A stretch of 64,000 bases of DNA, from assembly GCA_965203805.1 (NCBI GenBank), contig OZ241917.1, positions 1,440,001 through 1,504,000 on the forward strand, given 5' to 3'. A model generated the notes under the pieces. It was given only the letters and a program-made list of their open reading frames with translations. It was not told the DNA's origin and made no database searches. Of the stretch, positions 19,358 through 29,378 are shown piece by piece (within the stretch, counting starts at the first letter, position 1; every line of letters starts with the position of its first letter). The stretch is from Candidatus Latescibacterota bacterium (GTDB lineage: Bacteria > Latescibacterota > UBA2968 > GCA-2709665). A program made the translations under genes and the position numbers.

Positions 19358-19421
19358 TGTACCGGAACAGGCGCCGTGGGAAATGTGGGAGCGTATCTCA
19401 TTGATTCCATGACCGTTACGA

Positions 19422-19901
19422 CTATATCCCCATTCGTTTAAGGATGACCGTCAGTGTCTCCTCGGGCGTCTGGCTTCCGTTGTCGATCACGGTTCCGATT
19501 CCCGGTTCGATATGCGAAGACCGATATTGTTCGCGTATGCGGTTTCGTTCCCGCTGAGACAGTTGCCGGCCGCGGTTGGAAATGGCCACCTGGAGGGGCG
19601 GACGGAGCGTAAACGCGTGTATGGAAACGCGGGCGTCTTGCGCTTCACGTTCGAAGGCCGCGTAGTCACGATGTGAAATCGGCCACGTCACCACAACGTT
19701 GAAACCGCGCGAGAGCCAGTTTCGCGTCAGCATAGCCGTGTCGACGACACAGTATGGACACACTTCCGCCAGACTCAGACAGTCGGCGAAGTGACGCAGT
19801 TCGTCCACCTCGATGTGGACGGTCCCGGGCAGGTTCTCCGCAAGCAGACGACCGACGGTCGACTTGCCGGAATTGATCGAACCGTTGATATAAATCAGCA
19901 T
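19422..19901 (-). CDS. Small P-loop kinase (AAA_33/shikimate-kinase-like)
   Basis: INGSINSGKSTV Walker A. Confidence 0.78.
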   Translation of the reverse strand: MLIYINGSINSGKSTVGRLLAENLPGTVHIEVDELRHFADCLSLAEVCPYCVVDTAMLTRNWLSRGFNVVVTWPISHRDYAAFEREAQDARVSIHAFTLRPPLQVAISNRGRQLSQRERNRIREQYRSSHIEPGIGTVIDNGSQTPEETLTVILKRMGI

Positions 19902-19913
19902 GGGGCGTGACCG

Positions 19914-20681
19914 TCAGTCGATGAGGCCCCAGAGACGCTGCCGGTCCGCCGACCAGCCCGCCCAATCGGGGTGCACGTGTTTGATCGCCTCCAGGTCGCG
20001 CTTGCGTCCGCCCGCCGGGAAATAATTCCACCCCATCGCACGCCTGGGTCCCGCGGCGGTCTTCAACCCTGTCGCGTGCCAGCAGGAGGGCGTCCACACC
20101 AGGGTCCACCGGGGGTCGAGGATGACCTCCACTTCGTGCGGGTGGCGGGCGTACAGTTGCCCGGGCAAATCGTCGTGCGTTCCGGTAGCCAGTTCGAGTT
20201 GCATCAGTTCGGCCTTCACCTCCTCCGGTGGGCGGTGCTGGCTGCCGGGCAGCACCCGGAGCGGCCCGTTGCTGGCGTCGTGTCGGTCCAGGGCGGTACG
20301 GAAGGAGACCTGGCGGACTTCAGGGCTGCCGTCCGCGTGCCAGGGGACCTGGCGCTGGCCCGTCCTCTCCGCCTTCGAGGCGTCGCCGATACCGCAGGCG
20401 CCCACGTGCACCGATTCCACGCCCAGAATCCGCCGCGCCGCTTCCACGATCTCCGGCCGCTCCACCATCTGCAGCACCGGTTCACCGATCATCAGAAACA
20501 GGCAGGCCAGGCGGTTGCATCCCGCGGGGAACTCACTGCGTTCCCACTCCGGCTCCACTTCCTGCTGCCGGTTGTCAACAAGGCGGACGCCTTGCTCCCC
20601 CAGGGGATTCGGGATGAAGAAGAACCCGTTGCGTTCGAAGTGCGCCAACTGATCGTCGCTGATCTTCAGTTGATTCTCCAT
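19914..20681 (-). CDS. PhyH-family dioxygenase
   Basis: FERNGF, WHAD, NGPLRVLPGSQ, WHAT, R. Confidence 0.85.
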   Translation of the reverse strand: MENQLKISDDQLAHFERNGFFFIPNPLGEQGVRLVDNRQQEVEPEWERSEFPAGCNRLACLFLMIGEPVLQMVERPEIVEAARRILGVESVHVGACGIGDASKAERTGQRQVPWHADGSPEVRQVSFRTALDRHDASNGPLRVLPGSQHRPPEEVKAELMQLELATGTHDDLPGQLYARHPHEVEVILDPRWTLVWTPSCWHATGLKTAAGPRRAMGWNYFPAGGRKRDLEAIKHVHPDWAGWSADRQRLWGLID

Positions 20682-20684
20682 ATT

Positions 20685-21761
20685 TCAAGCCCTCTCCACG
20701 GTTAACTTTGCGAGATTGTCTTCATCCAGTTCAACGCCCAGGCCGGGGCCCTCGAACGGCGTCAGATAGCTGCCCTCGGCCCTCACCCGCTCCCCGGCCG
20801 GCGAAGCGGTGTAGAGCACGGGTCCCATCGGATCGCACGGTAACCGGACCTGGGGCGAGGTGATGCCCACCGCCACCTGCGCGCTGACGCCCAGCGTGGA
20901 CTCCTGGTCGGTTCCGATCAGACAGGGCAGTCCCGCCGCCTCCGCCACGGCCAGGATGCGCTTGACGTGGGTGGGCCCGCCGGAAACGCATGCCACGTTG
21001 AAGGCCGTGCAGGCGCCGCGTTCGGCCGCCTCCCAGGCCTGCTGAAGGGAACCGATATGCCAGGTGACCGGCAGGTCGACGCGCCGGGTGAACTCGGCGC
21101 TGGAGCGCATGTCATACGTTGGCTGCTCGAAGTGGAACGGGTCATGGCGCCGCAGCCTCTCGCCGTAGCGCAGCGCCTCCAGCCAGTCGTGGAAGCGACC
21201 CGAGAAATCGATGGACTTCAGCCGGATCCGGTCGCCGTGCCTGGCCTTCATTTCGGTGAGGAAGCGGTCGTCCAGATCCACGTCGCCGGAGACGTAGTAG
21301 CGGAACAGGTGGTGGCCCAAATCGACCAGGCGCTGCAGGTACGTGCCTGTGCGCTCGAAGTCCGCCATCACCTGCCAGCCGAAGATCGGATAGCAGCAGT
21401 AGAGCGAGTCGCGCACCTTGCCTCCGAGCATCTGGTAGACAGGAACGCCGTGAACCTTGCCGTTGAGGTCGTACAGCGCCAGGTCCACGGCACTGGCTAC
21501 GTGCGGATTGGTGACTGTACTGTTCCAGTTCCGGGCGCGAGCGAAGTCGTTGATTTCGTTGATTCGGCGGGCGTCACGTCCCTTCAACTGCTCGTTCAGT
21601 TGCCGTGCAAGAGCAGGCACATCGGCGCACCGGCTGTCCGACGCCTCGCCGAGGCCCACGGGACCATCGTCCACGTGCACGGCGATCAGCACGTGACCGG
21701 AGACTAGCCCGTAATAACGCGGCGTCTCGATCTGAATGACCTCGATCCTCTCGATAATCAC
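20685..21761 (-). CDS. Mandelate racemase / muconate lactonizing enzyme (enolase superfamily)
   Basis: GLGE, VDLALYDL.GK..GVPVYQMLGG, FEQP, GPGLGVELD; GTG start with AGGAGAG RBS. Confidence 0.85.
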   Translation of the reverse strand: MIIERIEVIQIETPRYYGLVSGHVLIAVHVDDGPVGLGEASDSRCADVPALARQLNEQLKGRDARRINEINDFARARNWNSTVTNPHVASAVDLALYDLNGKVHGVPVYQMLGGKVRDSLYCCYPIFGWQVMADFERTGTYLQRLVDLGHHLFRYYVSGDVDLDDRFLTEMKARHGDRIRLKSIDFSGRFHDWLEALRYGERLRRHDPFHFEQPTYDMRSSAEFTRRVDLPVTWHIGSLQQAWEAAERGACTAFNVACVSGGPTHVKRILAVAEAAGLPCLIGTDQESTLGVSAQVAVGITSPQVRLPCDPMGPVLYTASPAGERVRAEGSYLTPFEGPGLGVELDEDNLAKLTVERA

Positions 21762-21810
21762 GATTCTCTCCTGATTCCGTGGATGACACCCTGATTCGAG
21801 TAACGACAGT

Positions 21811-21840
21811 TCACATTGATGAACAAGATGAACAGGATAA
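21811..21840 (-). repeat. 30-bp intergenic repeat, copy 2
   Basis: Reverse complement ttatcctgttcatcttgttcatcaatgtga. Confidence 0.65.
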
Positions 21841-22158
21841 AACCCACAGGCCGGGAAGTTCCCGGTTACGGGATCAAGCGATGAGTCCGGCCACTCCGGA
21901 CGCAACATCAACCAAAGAAGCGATCTGGCACGATCAAGATTGTCATCTATTTCTGCGCTAACATGATTGAAAAACAACCTATAGAACAAAAAACACTGCC
22001 TTGCGTGAATAACTCACCGTAAATCAAATAGCGGTCATTCACTTTGGATAGACAGGACAAAAAAAGCGGAAGCAGGAACCTGTCGACTCGGATACGAAGG
22101 GCTTCGCGACCCCCGAGGTGCCGTCAGCAACGGACCGCATCACGACAAGTTAGAATTC

Positions 22159-22731
22159 TTACGTCGAATCGCCAAGAGAGAAAGTCATCCGCCTTCTGAA
22201 CCGGAACGACTCATCGGGCACCAGATATTCCAACCGGTCGCACAGGAAGGTGCCCGAGGGCGCCGTATCCTGCAGGCGCTCGCAAAGCCGTAGACTCTCC
22301 TCGATGGAAATGAACTCGGCGATCGTCATGTGCGGAGCGATGTGACGTCTGCGATGGGCTTCGCCCGCAAATCCGGAGGTCTCGTGTAGGACGTCCTTCA
22401 GGCGCTCGATCGGCTCCTGTGGCGTGATGCAATATGCGACACCGGCATGCCTCGTCGAGGCGTACAGTTTGTCGTAGAAAAGCGTGAACGGACGGACGTC
22501 TGTAAGGACGCCGCGGATTTCGCCCGCGAGCGCTGGACACATTTCACGGTTCAGTGGATCGGACAGCGAAATGTGCGCGGGACAGATTGCGGCCGAGCGG
22601 GGATCGTATCTGGCGCGCAGGGGGTTGATTTCTTTCGACACTTCCGGCGGCGGCAGAATAAGGATGATGCCCCACCGGTAGTCACGTCGCCAGTCTTCCC
22701 ACGTCGACGTGTCGTTTACGTAGGTAATCAC
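22159..22731 (-). CDS. 2H phosphoesterase (2'-5' RNA ligase family)
   Basis: Two HxS/T motifs, AHISL and PHMTI. Confidence 0.82.
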   Translation of the reverse strand: MITYVNDTSTWEDWRRDYRWGIILILPPPEVSKEINPLRARYDPRSAAICPAHISLSDPLNREMCPALAGEIRGVLTDVRPFTLFYDKLYASTRHAGVAYCITPQEPIERLKDVLHETSGFAGEAHRRRHIAPHMTIAEFISIEESLRLCERLQDTAPSGTFLCDRLEYLVPDESFRFRRRMTFSLGDST

Positions 22732-23095
22732 TGCGATGCCCTCGTACAGCAACAATGGTGGCCGGTGTCAATATACTGCGGCTAAACGGGAGAGCGTAGA
22801 TGTAAGAGGGTAGACGGGAGATAAAGAATAGCAAGAACGGGAATCATCTCACACAAAGACACAAGGACACAAAGGGAAACCGGAAACGACCGAAAAGACG
22901 ATCTAATTCCAGTTCTCCCTTAAAGGCTCGGGCGCCGAGTGCAATTGACCGGACGTTTATCTCAACACCTGTTCCGATGCAGTTCAACTTAGTGGACATT
23001 GACAATATAAGATTGAAAATTAACATCTTACAACAATCATCACTTGATTTCGGGCGGAAATTCTGATATATTGTCTTGCAAGGACGTGAGACATC

Positions 23096-23170
23096 ATGTC
23101 GGCGTCTTATTTCACGATTGACACATCAGCTGCAAATGGTACTCAAAAAAGGGGGTGCAGGGTCCGATGA
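23096..23170 (+). pseudogene. Internally deleted PIN/VapC toxin remnant
   Basis: 24-aa ORF MSASYFTIDTSA... with a PIN-like N-terminal DTSA; its TGA overlaps the antitoxin ATG; upstream TTGATT-17-TATATT promoter at 23044-23072. Confidence 0.5.
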
Positions 23171-23391
23171 AACACACCCTGGAGGCGGTATATGAGAATG
23201 GCGTCTTCAAGCCATTGAACACACCCAATCTGTCTGAGGGCCAATTCGTTCGTATTGAAGTCGAAATTCCCATCAAAGAAGGTTCCGATGACCTTCTTGA
23301 ATTGGCTTCAAAAGTGTATGAAGGCCTTTCCGATAACGAAATTGACGCCATTGAAAAGATAGCACGTGACCGTCATGGCTTTGTCGGATAA
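23167..23391 (+). CDS. DUF104/AF2212-like antitoxin
   Basis: EAVYENGVFKPL...L.EG..V.I signature. Confidence 0.82.
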   Translation: MKHTLEAVYENGVFKPLNTPNLSEGQFVRIEVEIPIKEGSDDLLELASKVYEGLSDNEIDAIEKIARDRHGFVG

Positions 23392-23442
23392 TGGCTAAAG
23401 TAAAGGAGCAACGCTGCAAACAGAGAGGCATTGCAGGTTTTC

Positions 23443-23470
23443 GCGGCCGAGGAAAATGGCCGCTTTTTTT
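23443..23470 (+). terminator. Rho-independent terminator
   Basis: GCGGCC-9 nt loop-GGCCGC followed by T7. Confidence 0.6.
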
Positions 23471-23563
23471 GTGTATTGTTGCGAAATGATCGGATTTCCG
23501 AATCCATCAGTGCTGCTGGTATTGCACTTCTTGGTTGATTGCAGAAAAGGCTCCAATGTAGGC

Positions 23564-24725
23564 TAGTACTTACTTGACAAAAAAAGCGAAATAATATATC
23601 TTGTGCTCATAGGGAATCGATCTCAGTTCAACTGTGGAGAGGAGACCGCCTATGAGCCGCCCCGCCGTGTTGATCACGTTGCGTGACGAGGAAAAAGAGA
23701 CGCTGTTGAGTTGGACACGTTCAGGCAAGACGCAACACCGTTATGTGCTGCGCGCCCGGATTGTTCTTTCAGCGTCCCAGGGCGATGCGAACCGGGACAT
23801 CGCCAGGGATCTGGGAACGCGCGAGGCCACGGTGTGCAAGTGGCGCCGGCGCTTTCACGAGTCGGGTCTTTCCGGGTTGCAGGACAAGGCGAGATCGGGC
23901 AAGCCTGCCAAGTACGACCAGTCAAGCGAAAAGCGCATTTTGGAGGCCTTGGACGATGCCCCGCCCAAGGGCTATGGAAACTGGACCGGTCCGTTGTTGG
24001 CCGACAAGCTGGGAATTTCTGTCCACTATGTCTGGCAGGTCTTGCGCAACCACGGCATTTCGCTGGCCAGAAGGCGCAGCTGGTGTATCAGCACCGATCC
24101 GGAATTTGCCACCAAGGCCGCAGCCATCGTGGGGTTGTATCTGGAACCTCCCAAAAATGCGATTGTCTTGTGCGTCGATGAAAAGCCCGCGATCCAGGCG
24201 TTGGAAAGGGTACAGGGATGGCTCAAGCTGCCCAACGGCAAGGCCGTGACCGGCTTTAACCACGAATACAAGAGAAACGGCACCACCACCTTATTCGCTG
24301 CATTGAACGTCGCCACCGGCCTCGTCAAGGCCGGGCATTACAAAAGGCGCAAACGACGCCAGTTTCTGAGCTTTATGAACGAACTTGTCGCCGAATACCC
24401 CGATCAGGAACTCCACATCATCCTCGACAACCTGAACACCCACAAGCCCAAGAACGACCGCTGGCTGCCACGCCATCCCAATGTCCACTTCTACTACACC
24501 CCCACCCACGCATCCTGGCTCAACCAGATCGAAATCTGGTTCAGCATCCTGTGGAGAAGCGCGCTCAAAGGCGGCTCCTTCACCTCGATTCGAGACTTAC
24601 GCACCGCCATCAATCACTTCATTGACGCCTACAACGAGAACGCACATCCCTTCGAGTGGAAATCCACAAAAGTCCGACCCAAAGCCCTTGAAGAAAAATA
24701 CTCTAATTTAACCAATTAAGTACTA
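23564..24725 (+). mobile_element. IS630-family insertion sequence with TA target duplication
   Basis: Left end cTAgtacttacttg and right end caattaagtacTAg form imperfect TIRs in a CTAG site and enclose a DDE transposase. Confidence 0.9.
23652..24719 (+). CDS. IS630-family transposase
   Basis: HTH N-terminus, CVDEK, YKRNGT, DNLNTHK, SWLNQIE.WF. Confidence 0.95.
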   Translation: MSRPAVLITLRDEEKETLLSWTRSGKTQHRYVLRARIVLSASQGDANRDIARDLGTREATVCKWRRRFHESGLSGLQDKARSGKPAKYDQSSEKRILEALDDAPPKGYGNWTGPLLADKLGISVHYVWQVLRNHGISLARRRSWCISTDPEFATKAAAIVGLYLEPPKNAIVLCVDEKPAIQALERVQGWLKLPNGKAVTGFNHEYKRNGTTTLFAALNVATGLVKAGHYKRRKRRQFLSFMNELVAEYPDQELHIILDNLNTHKPKNDRWLPRHPNVHFYYTPTHASWLNQIEIWFSILWRSALKGGSFTSIRDLRTAINHFIDAYNENAHPFEWKSTKVRPKALEEKYSNLTN

Positions 24726-24806
24726 GTTACAGCGTACCTGGAAAGGAATCATCTATCCTCGGCCAATGGAGCCCGCAGTGGAAAAACGACCAGTGTACCC
24801 ACGCGA

Positions 24807-25142
24807 CTATAGGTGCGCGTCGGTGAGGATTCGCTCTATGGAATTGACAAGCCGCTGGTTGGGCACGGCGCCGACGAGGCGGTCCACGACGCGGCCATTC
24901 TTGAAGAGCAGCAGGGTCGGCAGGCTTTGAATGCCGTAACGGACCGCCGATGAATGCGAGGTATCGAAGTCCATCTTACCGACTTTCAGACGCCCGGCGT
25001 ATTCGACCGCCAGGGCCTTCACAGTCGGATCGATAAGCCGGCATGGTCCGCACCAGTTCGCGCCGACGTCGACGAGGACGGGCCGGTCTGAGGAAATGAC
25101 CTCCGTTTCGAAGGTCGCGTCGGTGAACGTAGCAGGTGTCAT
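24807..25142 (-). CDS. trxA: Thioredoxin
   Basis: WCGPC active site, GI.SLPTLLLFKNG; AGGAGGA RBS. Confidence 0.88.
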   Translation of the reverse strand: MTPATFTDATFETEVISSDRPVLVDVGANWCGPCRLIDPTVKALAVEYAGRLKVGKMDFDTSHSSAVRYGIQSLPTLLLFKNGRVVDRLVGAVPNQRLVNSIERILTDAHL

Positions 25143-25146
25143 GAGT

Positions 25147-25401
25147 TCATCCTCCTCTTTCTGATTGATTGCGTGGCAGATCGAGCCGCGAATAACCCGG
25201 AAAGAAGAAATCAGGTCCGATGGACTGAACCCTCCCAAGGTCACACATGAGACCGATGTGTTCCGCATTGGGCGAAATCCTGCTGGTCTCCCACCGTGCG
25301 ACGGTGGATTGCGGAACATTCAGAATATCTCCCAACGTCTGCTGGGTCATCCCGACGGTTTTTCGAAATTCCCTGATCCTTGACGCGTCGAACGGCATCA
25401 T
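25147..25401 (-). CDS. XRE/Cro-family HTH regulator
   Basis: IREFR...GMTQQ.LG..L.V.QSTVARWE....P. Confidence 0.8.
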   Translation of the reverse strand: MMPFDASRIREFRKTVGMTQQTLGDILNVPQSTVARWETSRISPNAEHIGLMCDLGRVQSIGPDFFFPGYSRLDLPRNQSERGG

Positions 25402-25606
25402 AAAACCCCTGAATTATATCATGTTTGCTATAAAAATAACAAAAAGAGGTCCGCCTGGCAAGGGTGAAATCACCCACGGCATATCGTCCGGGTTAAAATC
25501 GAAATTTAAGAGGGGGACGTGCGGGCGGGAACTATGCGGTGTCGCGATGATGACGCATCTGCATGGGGGCGTGTCCGCGGGTTCGCCCGGTTCTTTGGCG
25601 CGGATT

Positions 25607-26632
25607 TCAGAAGGCGTTTACAGCCGCTGATCTCAGAGTGTCATAGCACGCGTTCCAGCGGTCCAACTCGGCTCGAACCGTTTCCTCATCTCCCATCGAA
25701 GTCCAGCAGATGACCCCGTGAATGAACATCAGCATCCGCTCGATCGCCAGGGCCGTCGATTCCTCCTCCCGCCAGGCAGGTTTACAGACTTCCCGGTACG
25801 ATTCCAGGAATGCGGCTTCCACGTTCTCGTCCACCAGTCGATATCGCGTCGATTCGCCCCAGGGCGAATCAGAATGCGGAGCCAGGTAATACATCGATAC
25901 ACAAACTTCGAACACCCGCCGACCTCTTGACGCGTGGTTGCAGTCAATGAACCAGAGATTACCCTCGTGATCGATGATCATGTTCTGCGGACTGGTGTCC
26001 AGGTGCAGACCGGTTTCGACCAGGCGCGGACGAAGCCTGTCGATCGCTTCGACGCAGTGCTCTGTATCCTTTGCGTACGTGAGAAACTGATCGTGAAATG
26101 CGCTTCCTCTGGTTGAATCCCGCATCTTCCGGACGTTCGCCTGCAACCTGTCGACAGCCAGATGATTCATGGTGAGACGTTCTTCGTCCGGCAGGTCCCG
26201 ATATCCGACGCCTGCACTGTGAAGACGGGCGATTTCAGCCCCCGTCAGACGAACGTCCGATTCATTCCCTTTCTTCGGCGGCCGTCCGTCGACAAACGGG
26301 AAGACCTCAACTGTCAATCCCGGCTCCGTCGTCAAAAAGGTCTTCCCCTCAAGCGACTGCAACGGAAGGACGGTTCGTACGCCATGTTTCCTCAGGTGCA
26401 TCTGGAATCGATGTACGCGTGAAAGACGACGAGCCAATGACGATGAACCCTCTGAGTCCCGCCCGGGATTGGATATCCGCAAGACGTAGGGCTTCCCCGT
26501 ATTCCGGCACGCGATCCTGACAACATGGGCGATCTTGCCGCTCATGTCGCGATATTGTCCATCCCAGACAAACCCATACTTTCGATAGAGCCAGTCGGGA
26601 TCCGGAAGCGCGTCACTCGGGTTCAACGCCAT
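25607..26632 (-). CDS. APH / type II homoserine kinase-like phosphotransferase
   Basis: IARLH, HLD...NM, FID. Confidence 0.75.
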   Translation of the reverse strand: MALNPSDALPDPDWLYRKYGFVWDGQYRDMSGKIAHVVRIACRNTGKPYVLRISNPGRDSEGSSSLARRLSRVHRFQMHLRKHGVRTVLPLQSLEGKTFLTTEPGLTVEVFPFVDGRPPKKGNESDVRLTGAEIARLHSAGVGYRDLPDEERLTMNHLAVDRLQANVRKMRDSTRGSAFHDQFLTYAKDTEHCVEAIDRLRPRLVETGLHLDTSPQNMIIDHEGNLWFIDCNHASRGRRVFEVCVSMYYLAPHSDSPWGESTRYRLVDENVEAAFLESYREVCKPAWREEESTALAIERMLMFIHGVICWTSMGDEETVRAELDRWNACYDTLRSAAVNAF

Positions 26633-26696
26633 ATCACCTTGCCATCACACCAGGGTAATACGCGGAAGAATGGTGGGGTATTTCCGGGACAGGACG

Positions 26697-27524
26697 TCAG
26701 GTCAGCCCGATGCTCCGGATTCGGGCACGGTAGTGACGCTCATATGCCCTTCGCAATCGGGAGAATCCCCACGCTTCTCCTCGTCTCTCGATTGAATCGA
26801 CGACGACCGAGCCGAAGCCGAAGGCCAAAAAGTGGCGAACGTCTGAAACATCAGCCTCGAAGAACCCTGCGTCCCTCAGACGCGAAAACAGTCGATGCGC
26901 CGGCCAGACCGGATTGTGAAGCAGTACGCCGACCAGTATCTCTCTGCTTCCGAGGAACGCCTGTTCGAAATCGATGAATTTGTGGACCATGCCATCCCGC
27001 AGGAACAGATTCCCCGGATTCCAGTCCAGCTTGATCAGCACCTCATCTGAAAGCTCGACTTTCGCGACGTTCTCGCCGAGCACCTTGAAAATCGGCGCGC
27101 AATCGTCGTCATCGGATGCCAGCCGGGATAGACGGTCGTGTAGCGAGGCAAGATTCTCATCCGCCCCCCTGCCCTGGAAATAACGGTCTTTCAGGTCCGC
27201 ACCAGGCGCTGGCACGTCGAACAAATGTGCGATCTCGTCAACGTAACGATCGGTCAGCAGGTCCAGATCGACGCTCGTCAGATCCACGTCGCGCATCAGA
27301 TCGCCGGTCACCCGCTCGATGACGATATATTCGTCCGGACTCGAATCCAACAGGGTCGGTATCAAGGGCGACCCGCCGTAGTGCCGGTAGAATCCGACCT
27401 CACGCCTGAATCTGCCTGCCGGATCGTCGTTCTGATTGTAGGTCTTCCTGATCGAACCGTCAGGCAGGTAGTCGATCCGGCTCTTGCGGCCATGGTATGG
27501 CAGCTTCATCCCCTGTACTCGCAA
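26697..27524 (-). CDS. Protein-kinase-like (APH-like) hypothetical protein
   Basis: K.Y...F.RE, DWNPGNL, IDFE. Confidence 0.65.
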   Translation of the reverse strand: MRVQGMKLPYHGRKSRIDYLPDGSIRKTYNQNDDPAGRFRREVGFYRHYGGSPLIPTLLDSSPDEYIVIERVTGDLMRDVDLTSVDLDLLTDRYVDEIAHLFDVPAPGADLKDRYFQGRGADENLASLHDRLSRLASDDDDCAPIFKVLGENVAKVELSDEVLIKLDWNPGNLFLRDGMVHKFIDFEQAFLGSREILVGVLLHNPVWPAHRLFSRLRDAGFFEADVSDVRHFLAFGFGSVVVDSIERRGEAWGFSRLRRAYERHYRARIRSIGLT

Positions 27525-27645
27525 GCGTTGTTGCTATTTGAATTTTCGTGTTGACCGAACGACGGGGCGGATGGGCGAGGGCACGTATAGAACCGGGCGG
27601 GGAACAGGATCCTGTGGCGAAGCGGCACTCCCTCGCCTGACTGAC

Positions 27646-28359
27646 TCAGGTGTGTGCGACAGGCTTCATCAGAATGGTCCACAGACCAGCCATTCCGAAG
27701 CGTCCGGATTCCTCAGGTTGGACAACCATGGGCTGGATCTCGAGAATCTCGAAATGGTCTCGAAGAGTGTCCCTCAGCCTGTCTTCGGAGAAACCAATAC
27801 CCGGTGGCATCTTCTTCTCTTCATATACCTCCCGGTCATCAACGGGTCGCCCTGCCGTCGTGTCAAAGCAGGTCATCCCGAGGATCCCACTCGGTTTCAA
27901 CACGGCGCGAATCAGATCGAGGTAGCCTGGCCTCCGATGCGGCTGCAGATGATGAAAAAGGCCCGAGTCGTACGCGATGTCATAGTGGTCGTCAGACAAG
28001 GGTGTGTCAAAGACGGACCCAACGATGAAATTGACATTAACACGCTCCTGTTTTGCGATCAGACGCCCCTGTTCGACCGCGGTCTTCGACAGGTCGATCG
28101 CGTCAACCCGACATCCCGCCTTGGCCATATGGATTGCGTTTCGACCGATACCGCATCCCAGATCGACGGCACGACCGGCCTTGAAGATTCCCTGTTCGAA
28201 GTATCTGACCAGGTTCTCGTCCGGGACGTTCTTTAGAAATGGAGGGGTCCGCTTCCCGTGGGCGTAGAAGCGTTCCCAATCTACCCCGTCAGGTATCGAA
28301 GTATCGACGCGCGCCGCGTCTTTGACAGTTTGGAAGGGCTTTCTCGGGATGTTTGACAT
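27646..28359 (-). CDS. Class I SAM-dependent methyltransferase
   Basis: DLGCGIGRNA, YDSGLFHHL, LKP.G. Confidence 0.88.
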   Translation of the reverse strand: MSNIPRKPFQTVKDAARVDTSIPDGVDWERFYAHGKRTPPFLKNVPDENLVRYFEQGIFKAGRAVDLGCGIGRNAIHMAKAGCRVDAIDLSKTAVEQGRLIAKQERVNVNFIVGSVFDTPLSDDHYDIAYDSGLFHHLQPHRRPGYLDLIRAVLKPSGILGMTCFDTTAGRPVDDREVYEEKKMPPGIGFSEDRLRDTLRDHFEILEIQPMVVQPEESGRFGMAGLWTILMKPVAHT

Positions 28360-28573
28360 CTTGTGTAAATGATGGTTCGCGGATTGCCTCTGTCTCCAAT
28401 CCGATGGAAGTTACGACATTTACACGGTCGATTTCGCCGTTGGGTCAGCCTACAACGTAAATTGAGCTCCTTGCATCGAATCAACGGCCCATGGTCTACT
28501 GTCCTGACACCCTCAAGACTGAGATGAGCACAGGGGCTTCGCACGAATTGGCGCATCCGCGGCGTTTTGATGA

Positions 28574-29314
28574 TCAGCGTGATTGCGGCGGGTCGCAATA
28601 ATGCGTCTTTCCGAACTCGACGAAGGATTCCACCTCCCTCTTGAGCAGGTCGACCTCACCCGGCTGTGCCGTCCCGTTGTAGGAAGCGAATGCCGCGGTG
28701 ATCAGCGGCCTCCATTCGGGGTACCGATTGCAGGCCCATGCGCCGCTTGAAAACTTGGACACAACCACGTTTCGCTCCTGAACGCTGAATATAATCCGGC
28801 ACATATTGAGGACACAGTAGTCGGGATATCGCAGGTTCTGCTCGATGAACGTAACCTCTTGGTCGAGAGCGGCCGAGATGTCATCCCACGACGGCGCAGG
28901 GAAGATGTCGTTTGGGGGCGGACCGTAAAGCGTAAAAAAACGCCCGGCCCTGATGTGCGCGCAATGTAACGCCCACGCTTCGTCCCGCAGTTCCGACTGT
29001 AACTGGTGGACCGGCGGGCGCGCATCGCCGGCATCCTCGCGCAGGATGACATAGGCGTCCAGTTCGCCGCCGAGTGGTGGAAAACGCCGCGCAAGATCCC
29101 GATGCAATTGAAGGATAGCGTCTTTGTTCCCGCCATTCATCGGTCCCTCCAGGATCACGTGACAGTCTATGTCCTGAATCGGGCCGGAGTCCGGAAATAC
29201 GGCCGCGCCGTGCATGTAGATCCCATGCAGATTGGCATCGAGGATATTCGCAAGGCCTGCGACAAAGGCCTGGCAGACCTTCCGAACAGACGGTGGCAGT
29301 TGGGCGAATTTCAT
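28574..29314 (-). CDS. Aminoglycoside adenylyltransferase-like (NTase + DUF4111) protein
   Basis: GIYMHGA...DID, LYGPPP..IF, Y.VLN.CR, SK...G.W. Confidence 0.75.
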   Translation of the reverse strand: MKFAQLPPSVRKVCQAFVAGLANILDANLHGIYMHGAAVFPDSGPIQDIDCHVILEGPMNGGNKDAILQLHRDLARRFPPLGGELDAYVILREDAGDARPPVHQLQSELRDEAWALHCAHIRAGRFFTLYGPPPNDIFPAPSWDDISAALDQEVTFIEQNLRYPDYCVLNMCRIIFSVQERNVVVSKFSSGAWACNRYPEWRPLITAAFASYNGTAQPGEVDLLKREVESFVEFGKTHYCDPPQSR

Positions 29315-29378
29315 GAGGAGGGATGCGTGGCGTTGGTCAGTTGTCGTTGGTCGAACGACGGGCTGCCAATCACCCGGT

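Noticed and set aside
25607-29314. APH- and ANT-like genes as true antibiotic-resistance genes
   Set aside because: Fold-level motifs only; the substrate cannot be inferred from sequence.
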